Source: a virus (taxonomy: Duplodnaviria > Caudoviricetes). From it: a stretch of 31,075 nt of DNA. Position numbers and translations under genes: made by a program. The notes beneath the pieces were generated by a model that was given only the letters and a program-made list of their open reading frames with translations, was not told the origin of the DNA and searched no databases. Positions 25,934-31,075 of the stretch are shown in pieces; position 1 is the first letter of the stretch; each line of letters opens with the position of its first letter. The DNA lies in the IMG/VR virus record IMGVR_UViG_3300016667_000764, positions 1 to 31,075 of that record, one strand, 5' to 3'.

Positions 25934-27160
25934 ATGGCTAAACCTACAACAAAAAAATCAGGAGATACGCAGCAAACAGTTCAAGATACAGTAATGGATG
26001 ACTTTTCATCCGATCTTATTAAAGCAATCAATAAAGAACATAACGATAAGATTGCTTTCAATCTTGGTGTAGACGATGCACCAACCCATGTTCATCGCTG
26101 GATTTCTACAGGCTCACGTCAGTTAGATTATATTATCTCTAATCGTCGTGGCGGTGGAATGCCAGAAGGACGTATTGTAGAAATACAAGGTCCGCCCGGT
26201 ATCGGTAAATCAACCCTAATGGCTCAAATAGCACGTTCTACCCAAAGAATGGGTGGCATTGCGGTTTATATTGATACCGAGAACGCAACAAATCCAGATA
26301 CCCTTGCTAATATGGGTGTTGATGTAGCAAGACGATTTGTTTTCGTTCAGTCCCCATGCACAGAGGAAATACTCTCCGTAATAGAGAGCACTATCCTTAA
26401 AGCCCGCACTATGACCAAAGACGTTCCTGTTACCGTCATTTGGGATAGCGTCTCTCAATCATCCCCAAAGGCTGAATTGGAAGGCGACTATGATCAGAAC
26501 ACAATCGGTCTACAAGCCCGTGTTCTATCCAAGGGCATGAGAAAGATTGCTAACGTTATCGGCGGTCAGAAGGTTCTATTGGTTCTTGTAAGCCAACAGA
26601 GACAGAAGATCGGCGTAATGTTCGGTGATCCAACCACAACATCTGGTGGCATGGCAATCCCATATTCTTCTTCGGTTCGTATCCGCCTTGATGGTGGTTC
26701 AGCTATAAAGGATAAGGATGATAACGTCCTCGGGATTAACGTAACAGCAAAGACCATTAAAAATAAGGTAGCAAAGCCTTTCCGTAAGGTTGGTTTCCGT
26801 ATCTTGTTTGGACGTGGTATCTTTGAAGAAGAAGAGATATTTGACCTTCTTCGTGAGCATTGTAAGAATGCAAAGAATGGCGTTGTTGTAGGAGACAAGT
26901 CTGTATCTATTGCTGGTGATGGTGCATGGAAGACCTTCACAGTAACAGACAATAGAACAGGTGAAGTAGGAACCGAAGTCAAGTTCTATAAAAACGAGTT
27001 TGCACAGAAAGTTTTGAACAAGCCAGAATATTCGGAGTATGTTAACGCTCTGATGGATGCTGCACTCATTATCAGCGGTAATGAAAAGCCAGAAGATCAT
27101 ATCACGTATGAGGGTATATCTGAAGGTGATGTAAAAACCGCCGACGAGTTAAGCGCCTGA
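25934..27160 (+). CDS. recA: RecA/UvsX-family recombinase
   Basis: ISTGS..LD, GGMPEGRIVEIQG, Walker A GPPGIGKS, YIDTENA, WDSV, GLQAR, IGVMFGDPTTTSGG, KNKVAKPFR. Confidence 0.95.
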   Translation: MAKPTTKKSGDTQQTVQDTVMDDFSSDLIKAINKEHNDKIAFNLGVDDAPTHVHRWISTGSRQLDYIISNRRGGGMPEGRIVEIQGPPGIGKSTLMAQIARSTQRMGGIAVYIDTENATNPDTLANMGVDVARRFVFVQSPCTEEILSVIESTILKARTMTKDVPVTVIWDSVSQSSPKAELEGDYDQNTIGLQARVLSKGMRKIANVIGGQKVLLVLVSQQRQKIGVMFGDPTTTSGGMAIPYSSSVRIRLDGGSAIKDKDDNVLGINVTAKTIKNKVAKPFRKVGFRILFGRGIFEEEEIFDLLREHCKNAKNGVVVGDKSVSIAGDGAWKTFTVTDNRTGEVGTEVKFYKNEFAQKVLNKPEYSEYVNALMDAALIISGNEKPEDHITYEGISEGDVKTADELSA

Positions 27161-27188
27161 TCATAAACACATAACACATCACACCCAA

Positions 27189-27244
27189 AATAAAGGCGGT
27201 AATCTAAACTTTAGAGATAGAGTTATAAGGTTGTCGCCTTTGTT
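27189..27244 (+). other. Extended RNA hairpin with GNRA loop between recA and dut
   Basis: AAAGGCGGTAATCT/AGGTTGTCGCCTTT outer stem (three G-U pairs) and AACTTTA-GAGA-TAGAGTT inner stem, followed by a T-rich tract. Confidence 0.6.
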
Positions 27245-27266
27245 CTTTCTACAGGAGAAATATTGT

Positions 27267-27812
27267 ATGAGTAATAATATAAGTGATAGCATAGCACAGA
27301 GTTCATATAGAACAGTTGATAAAAACTGGTATGACCCACAAATACCAAAGGTTTCCAGAACAATCAATATCAAGTTTAAGCGCATGAATGATAATGCCAA
27401 AATCCCTCATGCCGTAAGAGATGGAGATATTGGTTTTGATGTTTATTGTTCCGAGAATGTTACCATTCCAGCCGGAACTGTAAAAAAGATGGCAACTGGT
27501 ATTCAGCTTGCAGATATGCCAATAATGGATAATGATCGTAATCGTATCTTTATGAAGATTGAGGGACGTAGTGGATTAGCCAGTAAGGGAGTATTTCCTG
27601 TTGGTGGCATTATAGATCCAAACTATCGTGGTGAGATAGGAGTTACGCTTGTTAATATGGGTTCAGAAGATGCTGTATTCAGCGTAGGTGATCGTATTGC
27701 ACAGTTAGTTGTGTATAAGGTATCTACTGCTGGAGAGGTAGTAATGAGCGAGAGTGACAAGGTAACTGAAACCAATCGTGGTTCTGCTGGGTTTGGTTCA
27801 TCAGGTCGCTGA
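27267..27812 (+). CDS. dut: Trimeric dUTPase
   Basis: AGGAG RBS then ATG 27267. Five motifs: GFDV, GRSG, GIIDPNYRGEI, GDRIAQL, RGSAGFGSSG. Confidence 0.95.
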   Translation: MSNNISDSIAQSSYRTVDKNWYDPQIPKVSRTINIKFKRMNDNAKIPHAVRDGDIGFDVYCSENVTIPAGTVKKMATGIQLADMPIMDNDRNRIFMKIEGRSGLASKGVFPVGGIIDPNYRGEIGVTLVNMGSEDAVFSVGDRIAQLVVYKVSTAGEVVMSESDKVTETNRGSAGFGSSGR

Positions 27813-27841
27813 AAAAAAAACTAATAAGACTATAAAAGAAT

Positions 27842-27874
27842 AACGCCGCTTGGATTAAGTTCCTGGCGGCGTTT
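27842..27874. terminator. Terminator-like hairpin repeat, variant copy 3, between convergent genes
   Basis: AACGCCGC-ttggattaagttcctg-GCGGCGTT-T; same outer stem, and same AAAGAAT 5' flank as copy 1. Confidence 0.72.
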
Positions 27875-27906
27875 ATACTTTTTGAACAGCTATTTTTTTG
27901 TTTAGA

Positions 27907-28419
27907 TCACTTCATTCTTTTATTAAAAGCTCTTTGTCCTGCGAGTGAAGCTAATATGACTGCAATTCCTCCCATAACAAAAGCACTTGGACCATGACCA
28001 CCAACCAAGTGGGCATCCGGAGCATATTGTTGTATTCCAAGTCCCATATCAAATAGACCACTAGCTATAAGTGGAACTCCAACCATGATCCCAGTAATTC
28101 CTAACCCTTGTTTTGGATCTGCATCTCCATATTCATTCATTCCCGTAGAAACTCCGGATGATTGTTTTATTTTTTCGGCTGCTTGATCTACTAAAGCTCT
28201 TATTTCTGGATTTTGCAAGAGTGATCTCATGTCAATTCCAGCATCTTTAACTACTTGTTTTGCTTCTTCTGGTGTCATGCCTTTGGCTGCCGTCATTACT
28301 TCTTGCTTTGAAGGCATTTTTTCTTCATTTTCATGAAGTCTACGTCTTTTGTTCTTTGCAGTTGCAAGTTGAACTTCTTCACGAATGAGTTGTTTAAGTT
28401 GCCCTATTGTGATCTTCAT
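27907..28419 (-). CDS. Hypothetical protein with N-terminal MKITIGQLKQLIRE tag and two C-terminal hydrophobic helices
   Basis: AAGGA RBS and conserved leader; GLGITGIMVGVPLIASGL and AFVMGGIAVILASLAG segments. Confidence 0.75.
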   Translation of the reverse strand: MKITIGQLKQLIREEVQLATAKNKRRRLHENEEKMPSKQEVMTAAKGMTPEEAKQVVKDAGIDMRSLLQNPEIRALVDQAAEKIKQSSGVSTGMNEYGDADPKQGLGITGIMVGVPLIASGLFDMGLGIQQYAPDAHLVGGHGPSAFVMGGIAVILASLAGQRAFNKRMK

Positions 28420-28429
28420 AAAATTATAA

Positions 28430-28469
28430 TCCTTTCTCTTTAAGAGAACTAATGGTTAGCTTTAAATAT
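28430..28469 (-). promoter_or_regulatory. Conserved promoter/leader repeat, copy 2
   Basis: Minus strand ATATTTAAAGCTAACCATTAGTTCTC-ttaa-AGAGAAAGGA. Confidence 0.75.
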
Positions 28470-28529
28470 GCTCAAAAATTTGATTTCTAACCGGTATATC
28501 ATTTAAATGGGATGGTATACCTTCTCTAT

Positions 28530-29540
28530 ATGTCCCAGCCCACTCAAGAAAGACCAGTAATAATAATTGACGGTTTTAATATCTTCATTAGAAATTACAT
28601 GGTTAATCAGGAAATAAATCTCCATAGTCAGCCGGTAGGAGGAGTGGTTGGGTTCTTGAAATCGGTTGACTACCTTGTTGGAACCTTCTGCCCATCCCGT
28701 GTATACGTTGTCTGGGAAAACGGTGGTCCGTCTCAAAGGCGCAGACACATTTCCCCCGAATACAAGGCGAATAGAGCCAAGATGAAGGAAGTGAAGAAAA
28801 TCCAACAAGGAAAGGAGAGCATTCGGGATGTTTTAGCATTAGATGATCAAACCAGGGTTCAACAGATCACAATGCTAACAGCTCTACTTAAGAGCACTCC
28901 CGTATGTCAGATTTACGTGCAAGATACAGAATGTGATGATATCATCGCTTATCTTGCTCAAGATAAACTTCATAACTCAACCGCTAAAAGAATAATCGTT
29001 TCTAACGATAAAGACTTTTACCAATTACTTCATAATCCGCTTATAGAAATATATGATCCGGCTACCCGTAAGATTGTAAACGGAGATGAAGTAATCAATA
29101 AGTTTGGCATTTCTGCAAGAAACTTCTGTTTAGCTAAAACCATAGCTGGTGATGATAGCGATAATGTAGCTGGAGTGCCAGGAGCAGGGTTCAAGACGGT
29201 AGCTAAAAGATTTCCTAAAATGGCTTCCAAGGAAGAAGACCTGGATATAGCCACCATCATAACAGAAGCCAAGGCGGCGAATATAGGAAAGAAGAAGCCC
29301 ATTGCCATATATGACGATATAGCAAAATGTGAGCAGTTAATACGGCGCAATTGGGACTTAATGTATCTTAACAGTAGCAACTTAAGTGCCAGCCAGATTA
29401 ATAAGATTAACTACATTGTAGATAACCATGAACCAAAGATGGATAAGCTTGGATTGATTAAAACTGTTCTCGAGTGCGGTATCAATACAACCTTTGATTA
29501 TGACCGGTTTTGTTCACAGATGCGTAATTTTCTCCGATAA
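28530..29540 (+). CDS. 5'-3' exonuclease / flap endonuclease (Pol I N-terminal domain / T4 RNase H-like)
   Basis: IIIDGFNIF, RR..SPEYKANR, ECDDIIAYL, IVSNDKDFYQL, AGDDSDNVAGVPGAGFKT (H3TH). Start may be 28512 or 28530. Confidence 0.92.
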   Translation: MSQPTQERPVIIIDGFNIFIRNYMVNQEINLHSQPVGGVVGFLKSVDYLVGTFCPSRVYVVWENGGPSQRRRHISPEYKANRAKMKEVKKIQQGKESIRDVLALDDQTRVQQITMLTALLKSTPVCQIYVQDTECDDIIAYLAQDKLHNSTAKRIIVSNDKDFYQLLHNPLIEIYDPATRKIVNGDEVINKFGISARNFCLAKTIAGDDSDNVAGVPGAGFKTVAKRFPKMASKEEDLDIATIITEAKAANIGKKKPIAIYDDIAKCEQLIRRNWDLMYLNSSNLSASQINKINYIVDNHEPKMDKLGLIKTVLECGINTTFDYDRFCSQMRNFLR

Positions 29541-29595
29541 AAATAAGGGTTTAAATAAAAATTCAGAATTGATTAAGGTAAGGTAGAAAGAACCT

Positions 29596-31038
29596 ATGAG
29601 CGTAGTATTTATGAAAACGATGAGTGTTGATCAGGCAAAACCAGAGCCCACCAAGGCGGAAGCTGGAAAGCATTTCTCTTTTGACAAGAGCTTTCAAGAG
29701 AAGATTGTGCAGGCTTTCCTAATAGATAGAAACTGGGCTTCCCAGTTTGCAGAAGTTCTTGATGTTAACTTCTTCCAGTTTGCATATCTCAAAAAGATTG
29801 CAGACACTTATATGTCTTATAACAAGAAGTATAAGGAGTTCCCATCAATGGCGCTTCTTGCACAAATCATCGCCTCGGAACTAAAGAACCCTTCAGATGG
29901 CATTCTTCGTTCCCAAATCCATGACTTCCTTCTTCGTGTAGAAGAAAACAAGGATCTTGGTGATCTTGGATATGTTAAGGAGAAGTCTCTTGACTTCTGT
30001 AAGCGTGCAGGACTCCAGAAGGCTCTTGAAGCCTCCATTGAGTTCATTGAGACAGAGAAGTATGAGAAGGTAGTAGAGACGATTAAATCGGCTATTAACG
30101 CTGGTAATGAGCATTCTCCTGGGCTTGAGCTTAAGGATGATGTTGATGCCCGTTATAGTGAAACCTTCCGCAGAACTGTCGCTACTGGCATTAAACAACT
30201 TGATGAAAAGAAGATCCTTAATGGTGGTCTTGGTGCCGGTGAACTTGGTGTAATCATTGCTCCTACAGGGGTAGGTAAATCCCACCTACTTACCCACTTT
30301 GGAGCCCAGGCTCTCCTACAAGGCAAGAACGTATTGCATTATACGTTTGAACTAAATGAGAGAGCTGTTGGTATTCGTTATGACAGTCATTTGCTTGATA
30401 TTGATAGCATTGATTGTTATGAACATAAAGAGAAGATCAAGAAGTATTACGAAGATAATGCTGAAACTCTTGGTCGTCTAAAGATCAAATATTATCCAAC
30501 CGGAACTGCTACAATCAATACCCTTCGTTCACATATTGATAAGTTGTCAATAGAAGGTTTCAGACCGGACGTATTGGTTCTTGATTATGCTGGTATTATG
30601 CGTTCAACAGAGAAGTATGAGCTTCTACGTCTTGAACTAAAGAAGATTTATGAAGAACTCCGTGGCTTTGCTAACGAAGTAGATATCCCAGTATGGACCG
30701 CTTCACAGTCAAATAAGGAAGGCGCTAACAAAGATTACGTTGACCTTACAAATATGGCAGAAGCTTATGGTCAGGCACACGTTGCAGACTTTGTTCTCGG
30801 TCTTGCCAGAAAGAGCATGAGCAAGAGCACAGGTTATGGCAATATCTTCATTGCAAAGAACAGAGCCGGTGTAGATGGTGTTCAATTCCAAATACACTTG
30901 GACACAGCCCGTTCTAAACTCCGTATTCTTTCCGAAGAAGAGTTTAATAAGATGAAATCAGATCAGGAAGAACTTGAGGACGGTAATCTCAAGAACTTCT
31001 TCCGTGAAAAGATCAGAGATTTCCAGAAAAATCATTGA
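29596..31038 (+). CDS. DnaB-like replicative helicase (T4 gp41-like)
   Basis: TGIKQLD..LNGGL..GELGVI, Walker A APTGVGKS, YTFEL, VLVLDYA, WTASQSN, ADFVL, IAKNRAG. Confidence 0.93.
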   Translation: MSVVFMKTMSVDQAKPEPTKAEAGKHFSFDKSFQEKIVQAFLIDRNWASQFAEVLDVNFFQFAYLKKIADTYMSYNKKYKEFPSMALLAQIIASELKNPSDGILRSQIHDFLLRVEENKDLGDLGYVKEKSLDFCKRAGLQKALEASIEFIETEKYEKVVETIKSAINAGNEHSPGLELKDDVDARYSETFRRTVATGIKQLDEKKILNGGLGAGELGVIIAPTGVGKSHLLTHFGAQALLQGKNVLHYTFELNERAVGIRYDSHLLDIDSIDCYEHKEKIKKYYEDNAETLGRLKIKYYPTGTATINTLRSHIDKLSIEGFRPDVLVLDYAGIMRSTEKYELLRLELKKIYEELRGFANEVDIPVWTASQSNKEGANKDYVDLTNMAEAYGQAHVADFVLGLARKSMSKSTGYGNIFIAKNRAGVDGVQFQIHLDTARSKLRILSEEEFNKMKSDQEELEDGNLKNFFREKIRDFQKNH

Positions 31039-31046
31039 GGTGTTAT

Positions 31047-31075
31047 ATGTCCCTATTAGATCGTCGCATCAATTT
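31047..31075 (+). CDS. Start of next gene (MSLLDRRIN...), possibly ribonucleotide reductase small subunit
   Basis: GAGGTG RBS then ATG. Only ~9 codons are visible, so the product guess rests on N-terminal resemblance alone. Confidence 0.3.

Noticed and set aside
20726-27812. 2-aminoadenine (Z) or other base-substitution pathway (PolA + HD + dUTPase)
   Set aside because: No PurZ or other base-modification enzyme in the window, the HD protein looks YhaM-like and degenerate rather than DatZ-like, and the dUTPase is canonical.
22966-27874. CRISPR array from the 30-nt palindromic repeats
   Set aside because: Only two identical copies ~720 nt apart plus one variant, separated by whole genes, with no spacer-sized periodicity and no cas genes.
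25934-31038. Inteins or introns in RecA or helicase
   Set aside because: Both have normal length and contiguous motifs.
1-31075. Stop-codon reassignment
   Set aside because: Genes are full length under the standard code and TAA, TAG and TGA all terminate genes at sensible boundaries.
1-31075. tRNA or rRNA genes
   Set aside because: Intergenic gaps are short and no cloverleaf with a T-loop consensus was seen by eye; a tRNAscan run would confirm.

Overview
Fragment of a large, AT-rich, contractile-tailed (myovirus-type, probably jumbo) dsDNA phage genome read in the standard genetic code. The left two thirds (1-20683) is a tail/baseplate module: sheath (5'-truncated), tube, a Zn-binding tail-assembly/hub chaperone with a probable +1 frameshift extension, a 1749-aa tape measure protein, a tube-initiator-like baseplate protein, a LysM-like wedge protein and a large hub protein. 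A reverse-strand four-gene operon including a Nudix hydrolase interrupts it. The right third (20726-31075) is a replication/recombination module: family-A polymerase domain, degenerate HD protein, free-standing LAGLIDADG endonuclease, gp32-like SSB, RecA/UvsX, dUTPase, 5'-3' flap nuclease and DnaB-like helicase. The most notable signals are: (i) otherwise unrelated proteins sharing an N-terminal MKITxxQLxxLIRE tag, two of them in reverse-strand cassettes bounded by a near-identical 40-nt leader and a related terminator hairpin; (ii) a U7 slippery site linking the tail chaperone to a downstream +1-frame ORF; (iii) a predicted membrane-anchored AT-hook protein; (iv) several long RNA hairpins. 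All family assignments come from motif recognition by eye, not from database searches.
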